Source of the DNA: the human T2T-CHM13v2.0 reference genome, Homo sapiens
NCBI RefSeq assembly: GCF_009914755.1
Contig: NC_060948.1
Direction: 5' to 3' (one strand)
DNA length: 64,000 nucleotides
How positions within the stretch are numbered: position 1 is the first letter of the stretch; every line of letters begins with the position of its first letter. The notes beneath the pieces were generated by a model. The model saw only the letters and a program-made list of their open reading frames with translations. It had not been told where the DNA came from and did no database searches. Of this stretch, positions 41,101 through 56,100 are shown piece after piece. Both the position numbers and the translations under genes were made by a program.

Positions 41101-44100
41101 CAAAGGAATGGAATCTATTGGAATGGACTGTAATGGAATGGAATGGAAGGGATTGGAATGGACTCGAATGGAATGGACTGCAATAGAAAGGATTCGAATG
41201 GAATGAAAAAGAATTGAATGGAATAGAACAGAATGGAATCAAATCGAATGAAATGGAATGGAATAGAAAGGAATGGAATGAAATGGAATGGAAAGGATTT
41301 GAATGGAATGCAATCGAATGGAATGAAATCGAATGGAATGGAATCGAACGGAATGGAATAAAATGGAAGAAAACTGGCAAGAAATGGAGTCGAAATGAAT
41401 GGAGTGTTATGGAACGGACTCAAAAGGAATTGAATGTAATAGAATGGAGTGGAGTGGACTCGAATATAATGGACTGGAATGGAATGAAATCACATGGAAT
41501 GGGAACGAATGGAATGGAATGGAAAGGAATGGAATCGAATGGAAAGGAATCGAATGGAAGGGAATGAAATTGAATCAACAGGAATGGAAGGGAGTAGAAT
41601 AGACGGTAATGGAATGGACTCGAATAGAATGGACACGAATGCTCAAATTGAATGGACTCGAATGGAATGGAAACGAAAGGAATGTCATCGAATGGAATTG
41701 AATCGATTGGAATGAAATCACATAGAATGGAGTGGAATCAAATGGAATTGAATCGAAAGGAAAGGAAGCGAATGGACTGAAATGAAATGGAATGGAATTG
41801 AATGGAAATTAATGCAATGGAATAGAATGGAACGAAATTTCACGGAATGGAATCAAACTGAATGGAATCAAATCAATGGAATATAATCAAATGGAATGGA
41901 AAGGAATTGAATGGAGTAGATTGGATTGGATGGGATTGGAATGAAATGTACTGGAAAGGACTCGAATTTCATGAAACGGAATGGAATGAATTAGAACGGA
42001 ATGGACTCGAATGGAATGGAATGTCATGGAATGGCATCAAATGGAATGGAATCGAATGCGATGGAATGCTATGGAATGGAATGGAATGCATTGGAATGGA
42101 ATGTCCTCTAATGGAATGTATTCGAGTGGAATGGAATCGAATATAATGGAGTCTAATGAAATGGAATTGAAAGGAATGGGACCGAATACAATGGAATATA
42201 CTGGAATGTAATGTAATGAACTCGAATGTAATTGACTGGAATGGAATGTACATGAATGGAATGTAATCGAATGGAAAGCAATCCAATGGAATAGAATCTA
42301 ATGCAATAAAACCGACTGAGCTAGAGTAGAATGTAATGGAATGGAGTGCAGTGCAATGGAAGGGAATGGAATTGAATGCAATGGAATGGAATGGAATGGA
42401 ATGGAATGGAATGGAATGGAATGGAATGGAATGGGATGGAATGGTATGGAATGGATAGTAATGGACTGGAGTGAAATGGACTGGAAAAGAATGGACTCAA
42501 ATTGAAAGGGCTCGAAAGGAATGGAGTCAAATGGAATGGTCTGGAATGGAATGAACATGAATGTAATGCAATCCAATAGAATGGAATCGAATGGCATGGA
42601 ATATAAAGAAATGGAATCGAAGAGAATGGAAACAAATGGAATGGAATTGAATGGAATGGAATTGAATGGAATGGGAACGAATGGAGTGAAATTGTATGCA
42701 GTAGAAGAGAATAGAATGGAATGCAAGCGAAAGGAAAGGAATGGATTGGAATGGAATGGAATTCATTGGAATGGAAGGGAATGTAGTGTAATTGACAGGC
42801 CTGGAATAAAGTGGAATGCTACGGTCTCGAATGGAATAAAAATGTATGGAATGGAATGCAATGAAACGGAATCGAATGTCATAGAATGTAATGGAATGCA
42901 AAAAAATGGACTCCAAAATCATTGACTGGAAAGGCTGGGTGTCGAAAGGAATTGACTCCAATGGAATGGAATCGAATGGAATGGAAGTGAATAGAATCGA
43001 ACTAAATCGAATGGAATGGAATTGATAGGAACGGAATGGAAAGGAATGCAATGATTTGGCATGGAATGGAATCGAATGGCATCGAATGGAATGGAATGGA
43101 ATGCAATGGAATGGAATGTATTAGAATGTAATGAACTTTAATGGAATGTACTCGAATGGATTCGACTGGAATGGAATGTTCTCGAAGTGAATGGACTCCA
43201 ATGGAATGGATTCGAAAGGAATGGAATCTAATGGAATGGAATTAAATGGAAATGAATCAAATTGAATAGAACGGAATTGAATTGAATGGAATCGAATGCA
43301 ATGGAATCTAATGAAACGGAAAGGAAAGGAATGGAATGGATTGGAATGGAATGGGCTGGAATGGAATGGAATCGAAACGAATGGAATGGAATCGAACTGA
43401 AGAGACTGGAATGGAATGCACTGGAATGGAAGGGAATGTAATGGAAGGTTCTCGAAAAAAATGGAATCGAAAGGAATGGAAATGAATGGAACGGAATAGA
43501 GTCGAATGGAATTCAATGGAATGGAATGGACTAGAGTGAAATGGAATCGAACCACAAGGAATGGACAGGAATAGAATGGTCTCGAATTGAATGGAATCGT
43601 ATGGAATGGCATCAAACGGAATGGAATGGACAGCCACGGAATGGAATGGACACCCACGGAATGGAATGCACTCGAATGCAATGGAGTCGACACTAATGGA
43701 CTGGAATAGAATGGACTCGACTGGTACGGACTCCAATGGAATGGAATCGAATGGAAGGGAATCGAACGGAATGGACTCGAAGGGAAAAGACTGCAATGGA
43801 AAGGTCTCCAATGGAATGGAAATTAATGGAATGGAATGGAATCGAATGAAATGGAGTCAAAAGGAATGGAATCGAATGGCAAGAAATCGAATGTAATGGA
43901 ATTGCAAGGAATTGATGTGAACGGAACGGAATCGAATGGAATCCAAAGGAATGGAATAGAATGGAATGGAATCGAATGGAAAGGACTCGAATGGAAATCA
44001 CTCGAATAGAATGCAATTTAATAAAATAGGATCAAATGTAATGGAATGGAATGGAAAGGAATCGAAACGAAAGGAATGGAGACAGATGGAATGGAATGGA

Positions 44101-47100
44101 ACAGAGAGCAATGGTATAGAATGGAATGGAATCATCTGGAATGGAATTGAATGGAATGGAATAATATGAAATGGAATGGAATGGAATGGAATGCCCTTGA
44201 ATTAAATGGACTGGAATGGAATGGACTCGAACAGAGTGGAATGGAAAGTGTTGAAATAGAATGGAATGGACTCGTTTGGAATGGTCTAGTATGCAATGCA
44301 ATCGACTGGCAGGGAATCAAAAGGAATGTAATCGAATGGATTGGACTGGAATGCAATGGACTCGAATAGATTGGAAACGGAAAGCAAAGGAATGGAATGG
44401 AATAGTATGGAATGGAATGGAAAGGAATGGAGAGGAATAGACTAGAGTGGAATGGAATGGACTCGAAAGCAATGGACTGAAATGGAACTTTCTTGAATGG
44501 ACTGGAATCAAACGGAATGGAATGCAATGCAATCAAATGGCATGGAATAAAATAGAATGAAAGAGAATCAAATGGAATTGAATCGAATGGAATCGAATGG
44601 ATTGGAAAGGAATAGAATGGAATGGAATGGAATTGACTCAAATGGAATGGACTAGAATGGAATGGATTCGAATGGAAGGCAAAGGAATGGAATCTATTGG
44701 AATGGACTGTAATGGAATGGAATGGAAAGGATTGGAATGGACTCGAATGGAATGGACTGCAATAGAAAGGATTCGAATGGAATGAAAATGAATTGAATGG
44801 AATAGAACAGAATGGAATCAAATCGAATGAAATGGAATGGAATAGAAAGGAATGGAATGAAATGGAATGGAAAGGATTCGAATGGAATGCAATCGAATGG
44901 AATGCAATCAAATGGAATGGAATCGAACGGAATGGAATAAAATGGAAGAAAACTGGCAAGAAATGGAGTCGAAATGAATGGAGTGTTATGGAACCGACTC
45001 AAAAGGAATTGAATGTAATAGAATGGAGTGGAGTGGACTCGAATATAATGGACTGGAATGGAATGAAATCACATGGAATGGGAACGAATGGAATGGAATG
45101 GAAAGGAATGGAATCGAATGGAAAGGAATCGAATGGAAGGGAATGAAATTGAATCAACAGGAATGGAAGGGAGTAGAATAGACGGTAATGGAATGGACTC
45201 GAATAGAATGGACACGAATGCTCAAATTGAATGGACTCGAATGGAATGGAAACGAAAGGAATGTCATCGAATGGAATTGAATCGATTGGAATGAAATCAC
45301 ATAGAATGGAGTGGAATCAAATGGAATTGAATCGAAAGGAAAGGAAGCGAATGGACTGAAATGAAATGGAATGGAATTGAATGGAAATTAATGCAATGGA
45401 ATAGAATGGAACGAAATTTCACGGAATGGAATCAAACTGAATGGAATCAAATCAATGGAATATAATCAAATGGAATGGAAAGGAATTGAATGGAGTAGAT
45501 TGGATTGGATGGGATTGGAATGAAATGTACTGGAAAGGACTCGAATTTCATGAAACGGAATGGAATGAATTAGAACGGAATGGACTCGAATGGAATGGAA
45601 TGTCATGGAATGGCATCAAATGGAATGGAATCGAATGCGATGGAATGCTATGGAATGGAATGGAATGCATTGGAATGGAATGTCCTCTAATGGAATGTAT
45701 TCGAGTGGAATGGAATCGAATATAATGGAGTCTAATGAAAGGGAATTGAAAGGAATGGGACCGAATACAATGGAATATACTGGAATGTAATGTAATGAAC
45801 TCGAATGTAATTGACTGGAATGGAATGTACATGAATGGAATGTAATCGAATGGAAAGCAATCCAATGGAATAGAATCTAATGCAATAAAATCGACTCAAA
45901 TAGAGTAGAATGTAATGGAATGGAGTGCAGTGCAATGGAATGGAATGGAATGGAATGCAATGGAATGGAATGGAATGGAATGGAATGGGATGGAATGGTA
46001 TGGAATGGATAGTAATGGACTGGAGTGAAATGGACTGGAAAAGAATGGACTCAAATTGAAAGGGCTCGAAAGGAATGGAGTCAAATGGAATGGTCTGGAA
46101 TGGAATGAACACGAATGTAATGCAATCCAATAGAATGGAATCGAATGGCATGGAATATAAAGAAATGGAATCGAAGAGAATGGAAACAAATGGAATGGAA
46201 TTGAATGGAATGGAATTGAATGGAATGGGAACGAATGGAGTGAAATTTTATGCAGTAGAAGAGAATAGAATGGAATGCAAGCGAAAGGAAAGGAATGGAT
46301 TGGAATGGAAAGGAATTCATTGGAATGGAAGGGAATGTAGTGTAATGGACAGGCCTGGAATAAAGTGGAATGCTACGGTCTCGAATGGAATAAAAATGTA
46401 TGGAATGGAATGCAATGAAACGGAATCGAATGTCATAGAATGTAATGGAATGCAAAAAAATGGACTCCAAAATCATTGACTGGAAAGGCTGGGTGTCGAA
46501 AGGAATTGACTCCAATGGAATGGAATCGAATGGAATGGAAGTGAATAGAATCGAACTAAATCGAATGGAATGGAATTGATAGGAACGGAATGGAAAGGAA
46601 TGCAATGATTTGGCATGGAATGGAATCGAATGGCATCGAATGGAATGGAATGGAATGCAATGGAATGGAATGTATTAGAATGTAATGAACTTTAATGGAA
46701 TGTACTCGAATGGATTCGACTGGAATGGAATGTTCTCGAAGTGAATGGACTCCAATGGAATGGATTCGAAAGGAATGGAATCTAATGGAATGGAATTAAA
46801 TGGAAATGAATCAAATTGAATAGAACGGAATTGAATTGAATGGAATCGAATGCAATGGAATCTAATGAAACGGAAAGGAAAGGAATGGAATGGATTGGAA
46901 TGCAATGGGCTGGAATGGAATGGAATCGAAACGAATGGAATGGAATCGAACTGAAGAGACTGGAATGGAATGCACTGGAATGGTAGGGAATGTAATGGAA
47001 GGTTCTCGAAAAAAATGGAATCGAAAGGAATGGAATTGAATGGAACGGAATAGAGTCGAATGGAATTCAATGGAATGGAATGGACTAGAGTGAAATGGAA

Positions 47101-50100
47101 TCGAACCACAAGGAATGGACAGGAATAGAATGGTCTCGAATTGAATGGAATCGTATGGAATGGCATCAAACGGAATGGAATGGACAGCCACGGAATGGAA
47201 TGGACACCCACGGAATGGAATGCACTCGAATGCAATGGAGTCGACACTAATGGACTGGAATAGAATGGACTCGACTGGTACGGACTCCAATGGAATGGAA
47301 TCGAATGGAAGGGAATCGAACGGAATGGACTCGAAGGGAAAAGACTGCAATGGAAAGGTCTCGAATGGAATGGAAATTAATGGAATGGAATGGAATCGAA
47401 TGAAATGGAGTCAAAAGGAATGGAATCGAATGGCAAGAAATCGAATGTAATGGAATCGCAAGGAATTGATGTGAACGGAACGGAATGGAATGGAATCCAA
47501 AGGAATGGAATAGAATGGAATGGAATCGAATGGAAAGGACTCGAATGGAAATCACTCGAATAGAATGCAATTTAATAAAATAGGATCAAATGTAATGGAA
47601 TGGAATGGAAAGGAATCGAAACGAAAGGAATGGAGACAGATGGAATGGAATGGAACAGAGAGCAATGGTATAGAATGGAATGGAATCATCTGGAATGGAA
47701 TTGAATGGAATGGAATAATATGAAATGGAATGGAATGGAATGGAATGCCCTTGAATTAAATGGACTGGAATGGAATGGACTCGAACAGAGTGGAATGGAA
47801 AGTGTTGAAATAGAATGGAATGGACTCGTTTGGAATGGTCTAGTATGCAATGCAATCGACTGGCAGGGAATCAAAAGGAATGTAATCGAATGGATTGGAC
47901 TGGAATGCAATGGACTCGAATAGATTGGAAACGGAAAGCAAAGGAATGGAATGGAATAGTATGGAATGGAATGGAAAGGAATGGAGAGGAATAGACTAGA
48001 GTGGAATGGAATGGACTCGAAAGCAATGGACTGAAATGGAACTTTCTTGAATGGACTGGAATCAAACGGAATGGAATGCAATGCAATCAAATGGCATGGA
48101 ATAAAATAGAATGAAAGAGAATCAAATGGAATTGAATCGAATGGAATCGAATGGATTGGAAAGGAATAGAATGGAATGGAATGGAATTGACTCAAATGGA
48201 ATGGACTAGAATGGAATGGATTCGAATGGAAGGCAAAGGAATGGAATCTATTGGAATGGACTGTAATGGAATGGAATGGAAAGGATTGGAATGGACTCGA
48301 ATGGAATGGACTGCAATAGAAAGGATTCGAATGGAATGAAAATGAATTGAATGGAATAGAACAGAATGGAATCAAATCGAATGAAATGGAATGGAATAGA
48401 AAGGAATGGAATGAAATGGAATGGAAAGGATTCGAATGGAATGCAATCGAATGGAATGCAATCAAATGGAATGGAATCGAACGGAATGGAATAAAATGGA
48501 AGAAAACTGGCAAGAAATGGAGTCGAAATGAATGGAGTGTTATGGAACCGACTCAAAAGGAATTGAATGTAATAGAATGGAGTGGAGTGGACTCGAATAT
48601 AATGGACTGGAATGGAATGAAATCACATGGAATGGGAACGAATGGAATGGAATGGAAAGGAATGGAATCGAATGGAAAGGAATCGAATGGAAGGGAATGA
48701 AATTGAATCAACAGGAATGGAAGGGAGTAGAATAGACGGTAATGGAATGGACTCGAATAGAATGGACACGAATGCTCAAATTGAATGGACTCGAATGGAA
48801 TGGAAACGAAAGGAATGTCATCGAATGGAATTGAATCGATTGGAATGAAATCACATAGAATGGAGTGGAATCAAATGGAATTGAATCGAAAGGAAAGGAA
48901 GCGAATGGACTGAAATGAAATGGAATGGAATTGAATGGAAATTAATGCAGTGGAATAGAATGGAACGAAATTTCACGGAATGGAATCAAACTGAATGGAA
49001 TCAAATCAATGGAATATAATCAAATGGAATGGAAAGGAATTGAATGGAGTAGATTGGATTGGATGGGATTGGAATGAAATGTACTGGAAAGGACTCGAAT
49101 TTCATGAAACGGAATGGAATGAATTAGAACGGAATGGACTCGAATGGAATGGAATGTCATGGAATGGCATCAAATGGAATGGAATCGAATGCGATGGAAT
49201 GCTATGGAATGGAATGGAATGCATTGGAATGGAATGTCCTCTAATGGAATGTATTCGAGTGGAATGGAATCGAATATAATGGAGTCTAATGAAAGGGAAT
49301 TGAAAGGAATGGGACCGAATACAATGGAATATACTGGAATGTAATGTAATGAACTCGAATGTAATTGACTGGAATGGAATGTACATGAATGGAATGTAAT
49401 CGAATGGAAAGCAATCCAATGGAATAGAATCTAATGCAATAAAATCGACTCAAATAGAGTAGAATGTAATGGAATGGAGTGCAGTGCAATGGAATGGAAT
49501 GGAATGGAATGCAATGGAATGGAATGGAATGGAATGGAATGGGATGGAATGGTATGGAATGGATAGTAATGGACTGGAGTGAAATGGACTGGAAAAGAAT
49601 GGACTCAAATTGAAAGGGCTCGAAAGGAATGGAGTCAAATGGAATGGTCTGGAATGGAATGAACACGAATGTAATGCAATCCAATAGAATGGAATCGAAT
49701 GGCATGGAATATAAAGAAATGGAATCGAAGAGAATGGAAACAAATGGAATGGAATTGAATGGAATGGGAACGAATGGAGTGAAATTGTATGCAGTAGAAG
49801 AGAATAGAATGGAATGCAAGCGAAAGGAAAGGAATGGATTGGAATGGAATGGAATTCATTGGAATGGAAGGGAATGTAGTGTAATGGACAGGCCTGGAAT
49901 AAAGTGGAATGCTACGGTCTCGAATGGAATAAAAATGTATGGAATGGAATGCAATGAAACGGAATCGAATGTCATAGAATGTAATGGAATGCAAAAAAAT
50001 GGAATCCAAAATCATTGACTGGAAAGGCTGGGTGTCGAAAGGAATTGACTCCAATGGAATGGAATCGAATGGAATGGAAGTGAATAGAATGGAACTAAAT

Positions 50101-53100
50101 CGAATGGAATGGAATTCATAGGAACGGAATGGAAAGGAATGCAATGATTTGGCATGGAATGGAATCGAATGGCATCGAATGGAATGGAATGGAATGCAAT
50201 GGAATGGAATGTATTAGAATGTAATGAACTTTAATGGAATGTACTCGAATGGATTCGACTGGAATGGAATGTTCTCGAAGTGAATGGACTCCAATGGAAT
50301 GGATTCGAAAGGAATGGAATCTAATGGAATGGAATTAAATGGAAATGAATCAAATTGAATAGAACGGAATTGAATTGAATGGAATCGAATGCAATGGAAT
50401 CTAATGAAACGGAAAGGAAAGGAATGGAATGGATTGGAATGGAATGGGCTGGAATGGAATGGAATCGAAACGAATGGAATGGAATCGAACTGAAGAGACT
50501 GGAATGGAATGCACTGGAATGGAAGGGAATGTAATGGAAGGTTCTCGAAAAAAATGGAATCGAAAGGAATGGAATTGAATGGAACGGAATAGAGTCGAAT
50601 GGAATTCAATGGAATGGAATGGACTAGAGTGAAATGGAATCGAACCACAAGGAATGGACAGGAATAGAATGGTCTCGAATTGAATGGAATCGTATGGAAT
50701 GGCATCAATCAGAATGGAATGGACAGCCACGGAATGGAATGGACACCCACGGAATGGAATGCACTCGAATGCAATGGAGTCGACACTAATGGACTGGAAT
50801 AGAATGGACTCGACTGATACGGACTCCAATGGAATGGAATCGAATGGAAGGGAATCGAACGGAATGGACTCGAAGGAAAAAGACTGCAATGGAAAGGTCT
50901 CGAATGGAATGGAAATTAATGGAATGGAATGGAATCGAATGAAATGGAGTCAAAAGGAATGGAATCGAATGGCAAGAAATCGAATGTAATGGAATCGCAA
51001 GGAATTGATGTGAACGGAACGGAATGGAATGGAATCCAAAGGAATGGAATAGAATGGAATGGAATCGAATGGAAAGGACTCGAATGGACATCACTCGAAT
51101 TGAATGCAATTTAATAAAATAGGATCAAATGTAATGGAATGGAATGGAAAGGAATCGAAACGAAAGGAATGGAGACAGATGGAATGGAATGGAACAGAGA
51201 GCAATGGTATAGAATGGAATGGAATCATCTGGAATGGAATTGAATGGAATGGAATAACATGAAATGGACTGGAATGGAATGGAATGCCCTTGAATTAAAT
51301 GGACTGGAATGGAATGGACTCGAACAGAGTGGAATGGAAAGTGTTGAAATAGAATGGAATGGACTCGTTTGGAATGGTCTAGTATGCAATGCAATCGACT
51401 GGCAGGGAATCAAAAGGAATGTAATCGAATGGATTGGACTGGAATGCAATGGACTCGAATAGATTGGAAACGGAAAGCAAAGGAATGGAATGGAATAGTA
51501 TGGAATGGAATGGAAAGGAATGGAGTGGAATAGACTAGAGTGGAATGGAATGGACTCGAAAGCAATGGACTGGAATGGAACTTTCTTGAATGGACTGGAA
51601 TCAAACGGAATGGAATGCAATGCAATCAAATGGCATGGAATAAAATAGAATGAAAGAGAATGAAATGGAATTGAATCGAATGGAATCGAATGGATTGGAA
51701 AGGAATAGAATGGAATGGAATGGAATTGACTCAAATGGAATGGACTAGAATGGAATGGATTCGAATGGAAGGCAAAGGAATGGAATCTATTGGAATGGAC
51801 TGTAATGGAATGGAATGGAAGGGATTGGAATGGACTCGAATGGAATGGACTGCAATAGAAAGGATTCGAATGGAATGAAAAAGAATTGAATGGAATAGAA
51901 CAGAATGGAATCAAATCGAATGAAATGGAATGGAATAGAAAGGAATGGAATGAAATGGAATGGAAAGGATTCGAATGGAATGCAATCGAATGGAATGCAA
52001 TCTAATGGAATGGAATCGAACGGAATGGAATAAAATGGAAGAAAACTGGCAAGAAATGGAGTCGAAATGAATGGAGTGTTATGGAACCGACTCAAAAGGA
52101 ATTGAATGTAATAGAATGGAGTGGAGTGGACTCGAATATAATGGACTGGAATGGAATGAAATCACATGGAATGGGAACGAATGGAATGGAATGGAAAGGA
52201 ATGGAATCGAATGGAAAGGAATCGAATGGAAGGGAATGAAATTGAATCAACAGGAATGGAAGGGAGTAGAATAGACGGTAATGGAATGGACTCGAATAGA
52301 ATGGACACGAATGCTCAAATTGAATGGACTCGAATGGAATGGAAACGAAAGGAATGTCATCGAATGGAATTGAATCGATTGGAATGAAATCACATAGAAT
52401 GGAGTGGAATCAAATGGAATTGAATCGAAAGGAAAGGAAGCGAATGGACTGAAATGAAATGGAATGGAATTGAATGGAAATTAATGCAATGGAATAGAAT
52501 GGAACGAAATTTCACGGAATGGAATCAAACTGAATGGAATCAAATCAATGGAATATAATCAAATGGAATGGAAAGGAATTGAATGGAGTAGATTGGATTG
52601 GATGGGATTGGAATGAAATGTACTGGAAAGGACTCGAATTTCATGAAACGGAATGGAATGAATTAGAACGGAATGGACTCGAATGGAATGGAATGTCATG
52701 GAATGGCATCAAATGGAATGGAATCGAATGCGATGGAATGCTATGGAATGGAATGGAATGCATTGGAATGGAATGTCCTCTAATGGAATGTATTCGAGTG
52801 GAATGGAATCGAATATAATGGAGTCTAATGAAATGGAATTGAAAGGAATGGGACCGAATACAATGGAATATACTGGAATGTAATGTAATGAACTCGAATG
52901 TAATTGACTGGAATGGAATGTACATGAATGGAATGTAATCGAATGGAAAGCAATCCAATGGAATAGAATCTAATGCAATAAAATCGACTCAAATAGAGTA
53001 GAATGTAATGGAATGGAGTGCAGTGCAATGGAATGGAATGGAATGGAATGCAATGGAATGGAATGGAATGGAATGGAATGAGATGGAATGGTATGGAATG

Positions 53101-56100
53101 GATAGTAATGGACTGGAGTGAAATGGACTGGAAAAGAATGGACTCAAATTGAAAGGGCTCGAAAGGAATGGAGTCAAATGGAATGGTCTGGAATGGAATG
53201 AACACGAATGTAATGCAATCCAATGGAATGGAATCGAATGGCATGGAATATAAAGAAATGGAATCGAAGAGAATGGAAACAAATGGAATGGAATTGAATG
53301 GAATGGAATTGAATGGAATGGGAACGAATGGAGTGAAATTGTATGCAGTAGAAGAGAATAGAATGGAATGCAAGCGAAAGGAAAGGAATGGATTGGAATG
53401 GAATGGAATTCATTGGAATGGAAGGGAATGTAGTGTAATGGACAGGCCTGGAATAAAGTGGAATGCTACGGTCTCGAATGGAATAAAAATGTATGGAATG
53501 GAATGCAATGAAACGGAATCGAATGTCATAGAATGTAATGGAATGCAAAAAAATGGACTCCAAAATCATTGACTGGAAAGGCTGGGTGTCGAAAGGAATT
53601 GACTCCAATGGAATGGAAGTGAATAGAATGGAACTAAATCGAATGGAATGGAATTGATAGGAACGGAATGGAAAGGAATGCAATGATTTGGCATGGAATG
53701 GAATCGAATGGCATCGAATGGAATGGAATGGAATGCAATGGAATGGAATGTATTAGAATGTAATGAACTTTAATGGAATGTACTCGAATGGATTCGACTG
53801 GAATGGAATGTTCTCGAAGTGAATGGACTCCAATGGAATGGATTCGAAAGGAATGGAATCTAATGGAATGGAATTAAATGGAAATGAATCAAATTGAATA
53901 GAACGGAATTGAATTGAATGGAATCGAATGCAATGGAATCTAATGAAACGGAAAGGAAAGGAATGGAATGGATTGGAATGGAATGGGCTGGAATGGAATG
54001 GAATCGAAACGAATGGAATGGAATCGAACTGAAGAGACTGGAATGGAATGCACTGGAATGGAAGGGAATGTAATGGAAGGTTCTCGAAAAAAATGGAATC
54101 GAAAGGAATGGAATTGAATGGAACGGAATAGAGTCGAATGGAATTCAATGGAATGGAATGGACTAGAGTGAAATGGAATCGAACCACAAGGAATGGACAG
54201 GAATAGAATGGTCTCGAATTGAATGGAATCGTATGGAATGGCATCAAACGGAATGGAATGGACAGCCACGGAATGGAATGGACACCCACGGAATGGAATG
54301 CACTCGAATGCAATGGAGTCGACACTAATGGACTGGAATAGAATGGACTCGACTGGTACGGACTCCAATGGAATGGAATCGAATGGAAGGGAATCGAACG
54401 GAATGGACTCGAAGGGAAAAGACTGCAATGGAAAGGTCTCCAATGGAATGGAAATTAATGGAATGGAATGGAATCGAATGAAATGGAGTCAAAAGGAATG
54501 GAATCGAATGGCAAGAAATCGAATGTAATGGAATCGCAAGGAATGGATGTGAACGGAACGGAATGGAATGGAATCCAAAGGAATGGAATAGAATGGAATG
54601 GAATCGAATGGAAAGGACTCGAATGGAAATCACTCGAATAGAATGCAATTTAATAAAATAGGATCAAATGTAATGGAATGGAATGGAAAGGAATCGAAAC
54701 GAAAGGAATGGAGACAGATGGAATGGAATGGAACAGAGAGCAATGGTATAGAATGGAATGGAATCATCTGGAATGGAATTGAATGGAATGGAATAATATG
54801 AAATGGAATGGAATGGAATGGAATGCCCTTGAATTAAATGGACTGGAATGGAATGGACTCGAACAGAGTGGAATGGAAAGTGTTGAAATAGAATGGAATG
54901 GACTCGTTTGGAATGGTCTAGTATGCAATGCAATCGACTGGCAGGGAATCAAAAGGAATGTAATCGAATGGATTGGACTGGAATGCAATGGACTCGAATA
55001 GATTGGAAACGGAAAGCAAAGGAATGGAATGGAATAGTATGGAATGGAATGGAAAGGAATGGAGTGGAATAGACTAGAGTGGAATGGAATGGACTGGAAA
55101 GCAATGGACTGGAATGGAACTTTCTTGAATGGACTGGAATCAAACGGAATGGAATGCAATGCAATCAAATGGCATGGAATAAAATAGAATGAAAGAGAAT
55201 CAAATGGAATTGAATCGAATGGAATCGAATGGATTGGAAAGGAATAGAATGGAATGGAACGGAATTGACTCAAATGGAATGGACTAGAATGGAATGGATT
55301 CGAATGGAAGGCAAAGGAATGGAATCTATTGGAATGGACTGTAATGGAATGGAATGGAAGGGATTGGAATGGACTCGAATGGAATGGACTGCCATAGAAA
55401 GGATTCGAATGGAATGAAAAAGAATTGAATGGAATAGAACAGAATGGAATCAAATCGAATGAAATGGAATGGAATAGAAAGGAATGGAGTGAAATGGAAT
55501 GGAAAGGATTCGAATGGAATGCAATCGAATGGAATGCAATCGAATGGAATGGAATCGAACGGAATGGAATAAAATGGAAGAAAACTGGCAAGAAATGGAA
55601 TCGAAATGAACGGAGTGTTATGGAACGGACTCAAAAGGAATTGAATGTAATAGAATGGAGTGGAGTGGACTCGAATATAATGGACTGGAATGGAATGAAA
55701 TCACATGGAATGGGAACGAATGGAATGGAATGGAAAGGAATGGAATCGAATGGAAAGGAATCGAATGGAAGGGAATGAAATTGAATCAACAGGAATGGAA
55801 GGGAGTAGAATAGACGGTAATGGAATGGACTCGAATAGAATGGACACGAATGCTCAAATTGAATGGACTCGAATGGAATGGAAACGAAAGGAATGTCATC
55901 GAATGGAATTGAATCGATTGGAATGAAATCACATAGAATGGAGTGGAATCAAATGGAATTGAATCGAAAGGAAAGGAAGCGAATGGACTGAAATGAAATG
56001 GAATGGAATTGAATGGAAATTAATGCAATGGAATAGAATGGAACGAAATTTCACGGAATGGAATCAAACTGAATGGAATCAAATCAATGGAATATAATCA

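Noticed and set aside
40448-41380. Longest ORF (310 aa, - strand) and its 270-275 aa counterparts in other units
   Set aside because: Low-complexity satellite translation. The extra length in U12 comes from a 5-bp insertion near 40595 fusing two frames. There is no recognisable domain or gene structure.
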